Below the pieces are notes generated by a model. It was given only the letters and a program-made list of their open reading frames with translations. It was not told the origin of the DNA and did not search any database. A DNA stretch of 64,000 nt. Source: Yuukianura sp. NJ FZ-2021. Lineage: Eukaryota. Location: positions 10,106,001 through 10,170,000 of the forward strand of contig CM102290.1 in the NCBI GenBank assembly GCA_046563655.1, in the 5' to 3' direction. A program made the position numbers and the translations under genes. Shown here in pieces: positions 1 to 12,700 of this stretch (positions are counted from its first letter, which is position 1; each line of letters begins with the position of its first letter).

Positions 1-2406
1 ATTCGAAAGATTTTACCGGAAATCGCCCCCGCAGACTTTTCAGCGATTATTGGAACTGAACCGTCTTCGGAGACCAAGAGAGAAGGTATTGTCCTTGATG
101 TCTTTTTGGGAATCATTTGCAAAGCATTGCAAATGAAGGCTCGAGCAACTGGGTACAATGAGCGGTCGCGCATGGCTCGAACAATTAATCTCAGCGACAT
201 GTTGGAACGGGAGGATTTTCCTACTTCATACTGGTTTCTCCACGGAGAAGTTGAAACTGCTCTGGCACTCTCAGTAGTTCGACTGATCAAGGACATGACA
301 GAGGTGAGAAGTCAAACATGACGTCGATCAAGTCTAAAGTCAAAAATGACTTTGTTCGTTTCTGCAGGGAGTTTTTGCTCAGCAATGGCAATCAGCATCG
401 CTGGAAGCGATCGGGCAGTCGATTCTGTACATCCCGAAGATTGACGTGGAGCGACGTGTTTTGGAAGCGTGTCTAAGTTGTCCCAATTTCTGGATGTCTG
501 TAGCCACTCTTTGTGTCCTTCATGAGTCTCATGCTCTATTGCTGTCTTATCCTTATAAAAATGGGCACGTTGGAAGGGTAAGTTTTTTTTTAATTTAAAT
601 TCTGCTACAAGTTGTTCAAAGTTTTACCGATTTTTTTTCAGCCCCTTTGTTCCAATCATGATGACAGCGAAACTGTGGCTGTTATTCAATGTGCGGAATG
701 TGGGGATTTGTGTGCCGACTGCGACCGGATTTTACATTTGCCAAAGCGAGTTTGGAATCATGTGCGAAATATTTGCAAGGAGGAAGAGGAGACTATCAAT
801 GTGGACTTGCACGAAGGATGTGGTCGTATCAAACTGTTTTGGCTCACAGCGATGGCAGACTCTTCGACACTAAAGGTAAATAATCTGAATTCTAAAATTA
901 TTATTGAGCATTTCGTTTTTTGATGTTGATATTGTCGTTTCTTCGTTTTTAGGCTCTCGTTGAGTTTCGACAGGGAATTCCGAAGGTAAACGAAAGAGAC
1001 GCAAGTCCGATGCAAGCGATGGGGCTTTGTCGTTTCTGCGGTGTGAGTGCCACAACTGGACCTTTAGCGCTTGGAAGAGTTTGTGCTGATCCGGAATGTC
1101 AAGTAATTTTTTTAAAATGATATCCAAAGAAAACTTTTCTTTTAAATTTTTTCTTTACTTAGGAATATGCAAAAGTGGCTTGTGATAAGATTCTGCCTTG
1201 TTCACATCTTTGTGGGGGTGTCAAAGGAGAAGTCAACTGCCTTCCATGTTTGCAGCGTTGTGGAACTGAAGGAGAAGGATATGACAAATTGAGACAAGAT
1301 GGAGAGGACATGTGCATGATTTGTTTTACGGATTCACTGGCCAATGCGCCTGCGCTTCAGGTGAATTAGACAATTTTATATAAAACTAGAATGGTTTTGT
1401 TTTTTACTTGAAAATAATTGAAATATTCTATTTTGTAGTTGAATTGTGGTCATGTTTTTCACTATCACTGTTGCGTTGCCGTTCTACAGCGACGATGGGC
1501 TGGTCCAAGAATTACGTTTACATTTTCGACGTGTCCTGTGTGCAAGGTATTTTTAAATTTCAAAAATGTTCCGTTTTTTTAAGTGGTTTGGAAACTGAGT
1601 GAAGATGAATTTTATTTGCGATTTTGCTAGACTGAAATGAAACACGATCTTTTGAGCGAGCTTTTGGGGCCAATCTTCGAGTTGTCAGCTGATGTACGCA
1701 GAAAGGCGCTGATGCGTCTGGAGTACGAAGGAATGTCCGGCAATGCAGCCATTACGACAATGGGTGGTCAGTACTACCGTAACCCTGGGCTGTATGCCAT
1801 GGATCGATACGCTTATTACTTGTGCTTCAAATGTAAAAAGGTAAGCCGGTTATTGGAATATTGAACTTATTTGTTTGACATATTAATTATAAGTAACTAA
1901 TTAACGAATTAGTAATTAATTGATCTCAATTTTGTTTTAGCCATACTTTGGAGGCGATGCTCGATGTGACGTCGAGATTCAACCGGAGTTTGACCCAGAA
2001 GAACTTGTGTGTGGAGGATGTAGTGACATTTCACAGGCTCAGCTCTGCCCGAAGCACGGAACTGACTACCTTGAATACAAGTGTCGATACTGCTGTTCCG
2101 TCGCAGTCTTCTTCTGTTTCGGAACTACTCATTTCTGCAATGGCTGCCATGATGATTTTCAACGAGTCACGAGCATACCAAAGAGTGAACTGCCACAGTG
2201 TCCCGCAGGTAAGACAGAGACATGGCCTCTGCAGGTTTGTTGTTAAGAACTGTGTGAAAACTGATGAAGTGTTTTGTGTGGTTGACAAAGGACCGCGGTG
2301 CAAACAACTGGATGTTGAAGACTGTCCACTGGATGTCGAACATCCGCCGACAGGAGAAGAGTTTGCCCTGGGGTGTGGAATTTGTCGAAATGCGTACACG
2401 TTTTAG
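1..2406 (+). CDS. hiw: E3 ubiquitin ligase highwire/MYCBP2 (PHR family), C-terminal exons; 5' part lies outside the window
   Basis: Exons ~<1-303, 369-577, 642-874, 953-1102, 1163-1360, 1439-1546, 1631-1840, 1941-2207 and 2291-2406 with GT-AG junctions. They encode the B-box ([16 protein letters not shown]), the RING ([11 protein letters not shown]...[11 protein letters not shown]) and the tandem-cysteine domain ([39 protein letters not shown]), ending [21 protein letters not shown]. Confidence 0.96.
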
Positions 2407-3499
2407 CGAAACTAGCAAAACAAATCAAAATATCTGCTAGCAGTGCGAACAAGATGAATTGAAAATTAACGTTAATCGTCAAACTTTAAAAGAAATTTTT
2501 GCAACCACAAGTGGAATTTACGTGTTTCAAATACCGAAACACTTACTTATGTCTACTACTTTGTACGAAAGAGTACCTGTGTAAAAAAATGAAATGTTAT
2601 ACAAAAAAGTGTTTTGCGGTTGCGCGGAACTCCTGATTTGTGAGACATGTTTGTAACTCGGAAGTTGTACAAAATTTTTGTTCAAAAGATTTTTTCTAAA
2701 CAAGGAAAATAACTTTGCTAAATCCTGCGTCGTGGTAAGAGACCAAATCCAGTAAGTCACCTTTGCGCAATCTCCATTTTGTACGTTTTTGTAATGATTT
2801 AGAGTATGTCGTCATTTAGTCAAACGTAGAGTAATTAATTGACCCTAAGTTAGTTGGATTACGTTACTTTATACCTAAGGTAATCAATTGTTTAGTCAAC
2901 TATATAGTCATGTTAAGAGTGAATCTCTATATTAATTTGCAACGCTTTTTCCATTTTTCACTACGAACTCATTCCTTTAACGAAATGTTGTGATTTATCG
3001 TTTATTAATTTATTTCACTTCTGTTCAAAATGAAGTGGTCGCTGATGGTGATCAGTCATTGTGATGTGGAGGTATAAGACTTTAACATTAGTGATAAACT
3101 CTGGACTTTAAGTTAACTGTTAGCTGCTTAATTGCAAGTTGCAATTAGCAATTAACTGCGTTAGGTTGTAAAGAAAGACATGACAAAAGCTTTGTTTTCC
3201 GAATCGGTTTCAAAGTAAAGTCGGAGAAAAATCGTTTGTGAACTTTTTTTTTCAGAAACGTTTTGCTGACGTTGGTCAAAAGTGGCGTTTTTTTTATTAT
3301 GGTCACCGCCATATCGTGGTGATGTGGTTTGTAGTGAATCGTTGGCCTTGAAGGTCAATGAGCCACTAGCTAAAGCTAAGTCGTACCTAACTTTTTGGTG
3401 TATTCGGTCCCAACGTTAACAACCAAACACCACAGGGGCCCCTTTGCTGGGTGCCCTTTGCGGCAAAAAAAAAAAAAAAAGTTCCGTGCGTTTGCAGTG

Positions 3500-4011
3500 G
3501 GGAAGCGAAGTAAACAAGTCAGTTGGTTGTGAAAGTTTGGTTGAAGAGGAGGGAATCCCTGGAGGGCTCCTCATCAAATGGTTATTTTGAACTGTGCTAC
3601 TACGTCATTACTCAATTAAATTAAAGTTAAGAGCTTGTGATTAATTGTGAATCCCTTTCTTAGGAAGTAACCACCGAGAGGAAGTTGCAAGACAGTTAAA
3701 AGTAATTTGCACTTTAAGTTCTTTCTAGACTTATATTCATTTGGGCCGAAAGGAGGGACGGAGTTGAGTCAACACAGAAACTGGTGATTCACTCATCACT
3801 GCGCAGGCACAAACAGAGGAATCAGTGCTACCACACTACTCGTCCACACTTAAAACTGAACAGTTATCGTCTAGTAACAACGTTTAACTTCCATTCAGAT
3901 TACATCCAGTAATTCCAGCATCCGGTATCCAAGGAATCACCTGTTCTGTACCTGTTCATTGGGAAATCATCGGTATAACCCACTACTGTTGTGCCTATTC
4001 CAGTAAATCAG
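3500..4011 (+). other. Probable non-coding first (5'UTR) exon of draper, followed by a ~5.5-kb intron (4012-9551)
   Basis: Donor-like CAG|GTACGT at 4011/4012 and acceptor TTTTAG| at 9551/9552 upstream of the ATG. The start coordinate is a guess. Confidence 0.4.
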
Positions 4012-7000
4012 GTACGTAATTTATCACCTCTTAGTAAATATACTGATAAGTACTGTTCCTACTAGTACTAAGGAAGTGAATTCGATAACGGATTAACGGA
4101 ATTGCGTTTCACGGTATGAAAAATGTTTCATTGCTTTTGAAAACCTAAGGAAAGAGAAGGTTAAAACCGTTACTTTTGGAGTAACGGTAACCTCCTTTTT
4201 CATTTTCGTTTCGACTGTATGACCACTTTCCTTGCTCCGAATACTAAAGAAACAGGCTCTTTGACGATGTCTATCCCAGTGTCAATTGTTTCTCGTCATT
4301 GGCAACTATACTTTTACAAGGGACTTAAAAGTGACATGGGAACTTAGAGTTTGCTCAGAGGATTCCATTTTCTCTTGGAAATTGATCATGAAATATCCAA
4401 CTCCATGACATGGCTCATTAATTCGGAATAGGAAGTATCGTGTAGTGGTTACACCACTACTACGGTGTTGTCAACCGTGTCATCGATTAAGCATGAGGTT
4501 CGGGCACGTTAACAATTGACTTACTGGTTGACCGAACTTTGTTCATTTTCACTCAAAAAACAAACACAAGCATTGTTGAGGTCAATTTCTCCTACGGGAC
4601 CAATTTAGGATTAACGGTTAGTTTAGTGAACGATATGCTGATCGGTTGATAAGGATGAAGTGTTCGAAATTTAATTAACACCATACTGGACGAGAACTCC
4701 CTTCAGTTTTGCAGTAGCCTTTGAACACGGAAATTTTGTTCTTGGAGTGTGAGACTAGCACATTGTTTTTAGTTTTTAGTATTTTGGGAAAAAGTTAAAT
4801 TCAAAAAGTAGTTCAAAGCCAACTGTAAAATTCGGTAGGTGAACCACAATTATTTCTCATCCTCATTAACACTTTACTTTTCAATGATCAGGTTTAATTT
4901 TTTTAATGTCAATTTCATTTCGAAACGTGTTTAAAATTCTTAAAAATCCGTCATATTACTACTGCAGTCAGTTTCAATAGGATTTCAATTTTTCAATTTC
5001 ATGAGTGAGTTCCAAATCTAGGATTGTAGGCTTTTGACACATGATTTACGAAAAGTAGGGAGTACGATGCTAATTTGATTTCAATTTCTTGTTGGGGTAC
5101 TAAAGGTGGTAGAACGTTGTGGGACTAAATCCAAGGCCTTGAGCCGTGGAAATCACAGAAGACGTTCTGCTCCAAGTTGAAGATGACGATGACGTCGACT
5201 GAAAAAAAAAGTAGCTCAAGCTCAAAGTCAATGTTAATTGAGTTCCCAATTTACGAAACTAACAAACACTTTCTTCTCAGTTTGTACGCGTTGGCTTTAA
5301 GTTTAGGCTCGTCTTCACACCCTTAGTGCAAATAAATAATGTTAAGAAGGCGAATCCTGTTGGGCACTTGACACGAGCCTAATTTTGGAGCCCATTTGCT
5401 TACTTTTTCCTTAACTTTTCCTTTGTTTTTCCTTATTGGAATTTCCAATTAGAAGAAAGTAAGAATTGAGCACATTGTTTTGTATAGCAAAAAAAATCAG
5501 CAAAAGTAAAGCTTACTTTCTAACTCTACTAAAATGTGTAAACGTATGCAGGAAGTTTTTATTTTTGGAACTTCCTCTTTTGAACTTACTGAAACTTCCT
5601 CTCTTTTGAGATTTTTAGACTTCCTGTTTTGAATTTTCAAAACTTTTTTTTTCAAAAGCTATTAAATAGTGCTAGAAAGTTTTAAAGTTGGCGAAAATTT
5701 CCTGTTCGAACTTATTTAGAGAACAATGGATAAAACTTGCGCAGTGATGGTTTCTTATTTCATTTGATTCTTAGAAGAAGTGTTTGGCTAATACAATGGA
5801 TTCTTTCGGTTGAACTGCATTGTTTGCGACCCAGTTAATTGTTAACTCGTTAATTAACACGGAGTTAAATGTTAACTGCGTTTTAATTAATGAAATTTGA
5901 CTAGTTTTGGGGTTCCTGGCGTCTGTTTCCTATGAATCATTGTTCCAAAAATGACTTGGTCGAATTGCGTTTGGGTTTTGGCAGGACACGGTCCATATCA
6001 TTGTAACTGGAAGTGTCATGTTTATCTTAAGTCCTTTGTTCCCAGAAAGTGTAGCAAAAGGAGGGGAGTCGTATCAATAAATTATCCAATGTTCATGTAT
6101 ATCTCCATTTGTCCAACTTCCAGAATGTCCATTGACACCACCATTCAGCTCAGCTATCACCATCACTAACTTGCTTCGTTGCTTCTCGTTCCTCCAATTG
6201 TCTAATCTTAAATTTCAATTGTTAAAATTGTGTCTGGTCAGCTAGAACTTGTTGGTTTGGTTTGCATCTGTCCCTCGGTTCTCGTTCTCACGGTAGTTTA
6301 ATTGTAAAACTGGACTTAACTGGGATTAGAACGATGTTAAGATAGTTTTTGGAAAGATTGCTATGTTTAAAATGGCTTGACCATAATGGCTGGCTGTATT
6401 GTGTGCATGGCTCTGCTCTCTGCTGTTTATGATAGTTGTGATGTTTATGCTTAAACTGGGGTTTTGCTATGGCTGACTTTTTAAATGGCTTTGATTGTGC
6501 TGACAGTTTGGAAATTAAGAATTTAAAAGTGAAGCTGAAGCTATGTAGTTTAGATGTTGACGAAATGGGCGGATGTTTAGATTATGTGAACGGGAGATGG
6601 TTTTTCCTTTTGTCTTTTTCCAAGTTGGTTTTAAAGAGTTAGAGAGTGATGTTGGGAATAATTGATCTTTGGAATGAGTCAGTTACAATTCCAACTTCCG
6701 TTTCTTCCTGAATTAAATTCTCATCTTGAGACGAGAATCGTAAGATGGAGACAAGTTTAAGACGAAAAGAAGTTGCAAATTCTAATTCGGAATTGGAAAT
6801 GGGCCAAGAGTTCATTTCCCTCATAAGCTCTTGTTGTTTCTTTGACTTTTGTGGAGTAACTGCGACGGAGTTGAAGATTTTGCAAAGAATTTAGGAATTT
6901 GCCAATTCATGTTTCATGCTAGAAAACCTTGAAAAGAAAGTGGGCGATGTGATAGAAAGGATGAATGAAATTTTTAAAAACCAGAAACTGTTTTGGATTT

Positions 7001-9777
7001 TTGTTTTTGAACAAAAGCAAGGGCTCGTGCAGTGGCATTAATGCAGTTCTAAAAAGTTCTGGGCATCAATGCATTTTAGGTAGTTTAGTTTCCTAGATCG
7101 TGGAAGAGTGATGCAGAGACTATTCCTGGAAAAATGGAATGCAAAGATGATGAATAATAATTTTAACTTTTATGACAATTAAGTTCTGCTCCTGCTGTTA
7201 TTAAAGGCGGCGCTGACTGAGTTTAAAGTTGTACATAGCACAATGAAGCAGTTGTAAATAGCACAATATGAAGCAACGTTATGATTCAATTTGAAATTGA
7301 CGTGTATGTGGCTGGAATAGGATTTAACAGTTGAAAATTGCTGATCTCCTTATAAGAGGATTCCAATTGCCAAATCCAAATTGACACAGTTTCGATTCCA
7401 GCTTATCCCATACTTAATTAGGCTTGAAACTTAACAATCTCAATTCTAAATACCAATCGATTACAAAGTATAAGAGAAGTTAAAACGAACGGCGTTTAAA
7501 GTGTTTTTTACAATGAAAACTTATGAAATCTTTGAAAAGTATGAATGTAGTTAAAAGTAAGAAAGGCGTCAAGTGTACGGAATTGATTTTTTCCAATAGT
7601 TTGATTTGCGTAAGAACCCGTTTCTTTCGTTTCAACGAATTTCCTTATGTACGACCGTGACTTCTACTGAAGAGTGCATCTTATAGTTTGTACAGTTTTT
7701 TTTTTGGGAAGAATCTGGTTTTTGGCGTGTGGAAGTGATTTTTATGTTGCAGATCTTGTTTTTGCAATTCATCTTTAATTTTTGTGAGTCACTGGGATGG
7801 TAGTGCCAGTGCCAATAGCCACTGGCGATTCTCAAGTTAAAGAGGAGTAAACGAAAATGGAGAAAGTGGAATGTGGTTCCTGTGCGTGGGTTGATTGATT
7901 TCTGTGTATAGCATTTGAGCATTACCTTCCTTCCGTGTTTTGAAAAAACATCAAGAAAAACATTCAAAATCTGTGGTTTAAGTTGTTCAGGTGAAGGACT
8001 TTGTGACGAAGGGATCCTAGGTTTGTGGGGCTGAGAGGCCCTGGAAACTATTATGTACTACCGTGAAACTTCTCATAATCGCCACTGGGCTATAATCTTT
8101 TAAACGCCCACCGTAAAGTTGAGAGTTCTAATAAACGTCCGGCATTTTATTAGGTAGGAGTTTTACTTTATCCACCTTTGCTTGAATAGTCAGTGAATTT
8201 TAGGAGCCCTTGAATCTTGCTTCTTTGGAATGTAAATCCGTGCCTGGGAATAATATCCAGGAGCCCTTTGGGCATAGTTCAGACAGGCAAAGGGCTTTTG
8301 TAATAAATAATAAAATTGAATCCCTTGGAAAACTGTAAGGGGGCTCTGTTCAGAACAAAAACTAGGCTAGGAGTAAGGGTTTCTCGAAGACTAGGGGTTT
8401 TTGTATCCAAGGAAAAGTTGAGTTGACATGGGAAAATGATGCAAGTGATCTTTGACCTCTGAGGAAGTCAATTATGACTGGGATCCAGAAAAATCTCTGG
8501 TGTCAGTGTCATCCCTTTACCCAATAGACATAACCTAATCTTGAAATGGATTCTTACTTAAGGACGGGGGTGGAAAGGCAGTTGTATAATGAAGGGCGTT
8601 CAGAAATTGTGCAAGAGAACTTAAAGGGTGACTAATCCGTGTGTCATGGACTTAGCTGTACAACAACTTTTTTTAATTATTGAAGTTGTAGTTGCTTAGA
8701 TGTTGAATCTTGGGTGGACAGAAAGAGTGGCAGTTTAACTTTTGAATTTTCAAAAGTTTTGAATCAAAACCTAACTTTTAGAATCGATAGTTATGCTGTT
8801 GGAATCTAAAAGTAGTGTCATGATATCTACAAACTCAGAAATATGGAGGTGTTATGGTTCTAGGGTTCACAGAGGTCAAGACAGAAGATGTCATGCGTAC
8901 AGACAGGTTTTACGGTTGATGAAGAAACAAAGGTCATGCGCATTGTGTCTATGCGGCTTGTAAATGCTTTTAGTTAGTAGTTTACTGTGTTTTGGGTTTG
9001 ATAAATTGCGAATTCCCCATCCTACATTTGGAAAACGGAAAAGGAAGGAGGAAAAACCTACGATATTTTTAAAATTACCATTTTTTGCACTGTTTTTGCA
9101 AAGTTTGTGTTTTGGGAACTGATGGATGTGGATATGAAGTTAAATAGTCAAATGGTTACTTTAAGTTCTTCCAAGGGAGAGTGGAAATGAATCTCTCAGA
9201 ATGCAAAGTGCATGGGGTATGCTTGGAATAAGGTACACAATAACTAGTATAACTAAATCTCGTCTTCGTAAGCGACAAGTCCATGGAGCAAGGGAGAGTT
9301 TGTGGAGTGTTTGCTTCTTGGCAAATCAGTTTGCAAAAATAAACAGACAAGGGTAGACTGGTGCTGTCGTATCGTAATTGAGCTTTAGCTAAGTTGAGTT
9401 TAATTTGCACAAATAAAGAGCAGAGGGTGAGTCGAAACGAAGGCAGCAAGGAAGCCCAGTTTGTTAACTAAAAACTAAAAGACTTTAAATTTGACGACGA
9501 GAACCTTGAACCAAAGTTTTAATTCCCCATTGTTTTATTTATTCATTTTAGGTTATCACAAAGTGGACAGGAAGTGAAACTTCGTGGAACACAAAGTGGT
9601 CGCTGGAGATAACAGAAGTAAACGACAAACTAACAGTCAAGACTTGTTGCGTATCGGACATGACGGACGTCGCTCTGCAGCGTCTTGAATCAAAGTTTTG
9701 AACAGAGTGAAGTTTTCTAGAAAAACTCTTGAAGTGAACTTGGAACAGTTGAGTGTCATTTTGATTTCTGAGAAATA

Positions 9778-12700
9778 ATGGACAGGATTTGGTCAATTGT
9801 TGGAGTGTTCTTCGTTGGCCTTATCCTGAACGTCAGTTGCTCTGCAGATCAACCTATGCTATGTTCCAGAACTGAAAAGTAAGTTAACAATCAATTTTTC
9901 TGTTGAAGGAGGTCGAAGTTCAAGTGGCATCTGTTTTTGAACTTTAGGTACAATACTACGACTACAATTACGGAGCAGAAACCCATTCGCGTTCGAAAGT
10001 ACGTATGGTGTGCGAGTTTACCTACGTTCCGATGCAGCAAATACGTTACTCAAATTAAGAAGATAGCCAGGAACGAGGTAAGTGTTAACGTCAATTAAAA
10101 GTTCAACGGTTTTAAGAATTTGTTGATTAATGAGATTTTATCTTTTTGATTATTTGCAGACGACGGAGAAAACGCGATCGATTGCCACTTGTTGCAAGGG
10201 ATTCACTGAAATAAGTGATAATCGCTGTTCACCAGTCTGCAATCCACCGTGCAACAAAGGAAAATGTATTGCGCCGGACGTTTGTGAGTGTATTCCAAAC
10301 TATGGAGGTCCGGATTGTTCATTGAGTAAGTATGAGGCACATGGAACGGTTTTTTGAAGTATGGTTGATGCCAGATCAATTTGACAATTTCGTTTTGTAG
10401 CTTGTGATCCACAACGATGGGGTGTCAACTGCGAGAACCGCTGTCAATGTCTCCATGGATCCGATTGTGACGTGTTCACTGGAAAGTGCTCCTGTTTACC
10501 AGGATGGACAGGTACTTGTTTATAAAGAGTTTTCCTGTGAACGTGTTATAAATAGTTTTGATAAAGAACTAATAGACATTTTCTTGCGAAAGGCTACGAA
10601 TTTAACTATCTACTGTCTTGTAGGTGACCATTGTGACCGGGAGTGTCCTCCAGACAAATACGGAGTCGGGTAAGCTAAAATAAGCAGCTATATTGATGCA
10701 TTAGATCTATTTTGCTAATGTTAATTTTATATGGTCTTGTATAGTTGCCTTGAAGAATGTCGCTGCAAACATGGCGGATCCTGTCATCATAAATCTGGAA
10801 AATGTACATGCGCTGCTGGATGGGACGGACCTCTGTAATTGCCATAAAAACTTATGAAAATTTGTAACTGCAACTGGAGTATTTATTTAAATTGTGTCTT
10901 CCGAAATTTGTTGTAGGTGCGAGGATACTTGCCCTGCCGGTACTCATGGCGCAGAGTGTAAGAATGAGTGCAAATGTCAAAATGGCGGAAGTTGTGATCC
11001 TACTACTGGAAAGTGTTATTGTACCCCAGGCTGGAAGGTAACAGTTGCAAATATTTCGTGAGTTAATGACGAAATTGTATAAAAAGGAGAGTATGTTTTC
11101 TAGGGAGAAGTTTGTGCAAATCCTTGTCCACCAGGGAAATATGGAGTGCGTAAGTGCAGCACCAGATTCCTATTTTCTTTATATAGATTTTTGTAAAATT
11201 AATTGTTTTGTGTTTCCTCAGAATGCGGACTCATATGTGACTGCTACAATGGAGGGTCGTGTCATCATGTTACTGGGAAATGTACCTGCACGCCTGGCTT
11301 TGTAGGGGAATACGTAAGGCTGACTTTATCAGTGCATTTTTCTGTCTTGCCATAGTTTTGTATTTTTTTTTATTGAATGCCATAGTGTCACCAAGAGTGT
11401 CCCGTCGGTAAATTCGGAGAAGGTAAGTAATAAACGAGCATATTTTATTTCGTTAGCTCATAAAATCAATTTAACCTGAAGTTGTTAATGTTGGGTATCG
11501 TTTGATTTGCTTGAATAGGATGCAACCGGAGTTGTGATTGTCAGAATGGCGGCGAATGTGATAGCGTCAATGGAACTTGTACTTGTAAACCAGGCTGGAC
11601 TGGAAGAGACTGCAGCGTCCCCTTCTGCAAATACGGATCGTATGGTCCTCAATGCCAGTGCACATGTAACTGCGATGAAAGAAACACAGAGACGTAAGTC
11701 GCAGATACTTTTCAGTAGTAATTAACTAGAAACTTTATTATAAAGTACTTCACAACCAGTTACTAAGACTTACATTTCTGGGATTTTTTAGATGCCATGC
11801 ACTAACTGGAAAGTGCAAATGCAAACCTGGATGGTCAGGACCGCGATGTACTCTGCCTTGCCCAAGTGGGAACTACGGTCCTGGTAAGCGATTAAGATTT
11901 TTGGCACGAAGTTTTGAGTTGCCATTTAGGATTAAAAACTTGTTCGATTCCAGACTGCGCCTCTGACTGTTCCTGCGAGAATGACGGACTTTGCGACCCG
12001 GTAAATGGAAGATGCATCTGCATGCCAGGTTAGTTGATATACTTATGATAAGTTTGTAAAGTTTGCATACGTTAGTGTTAAGTTTGTAAAATCTCACTAC
12101 TTGAGGCATTTGTTTTATTTTCAATTTCCCCATAGGATTTCTGGGAGAAAAGTGTGAAGAGCGATGTGGACCTGGAACTTATGGTCAAGGGTGTAACCAA
12201 CAGTGTAATTGCTACCACGCAACTAGTTGCTCAGCCGAAGATGGGCATTGTGTCTGCGAACCTGGTATTTTTTCACTTCTTATTCGTTGTTGCTCAAAGT
12301 TATGGAATGCAAACTTACTGGTTGTTTCTTGTGGAATCGGTACAATTTAGGATGGCAAGGACTTCATTGTGACAAGGAGTGCGAAGTTGGAACGTACGGA
12401 AGTGGTGAGCGAACAGTTACTAGATTAGCATTGAACACTGTGTTGTTGATTCACAAGTTTTTTTAATGATTTAGATTGTAAACACAAATGTGATTGCAAG
12501 AATGGTGGTGTCTGCGACCATGTCACTGGACAGTGTCTCTGCTTACCTGGTTTCACTGACTCTAAATGTCAGCAAACGTGTCCAGCTATGACTTATGGGC
12601 TTGGCTGTCAACGGAACTGCTCCTGCGTCAAAGAGAATACAATCAAATGTGACGGTGTCAGTGGAACATGCCAGTGCAAACGTGGATACTTAGGTTTGCA

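Noticed and set aside
4012..9551. Possible nested antisense gene in the long draper intron (exon-like stretch ~7927-8040, ORFs 6639-6824 and 7632-7967)
   Set aside because: No recognisable protein and no consistent multi-exon chain.
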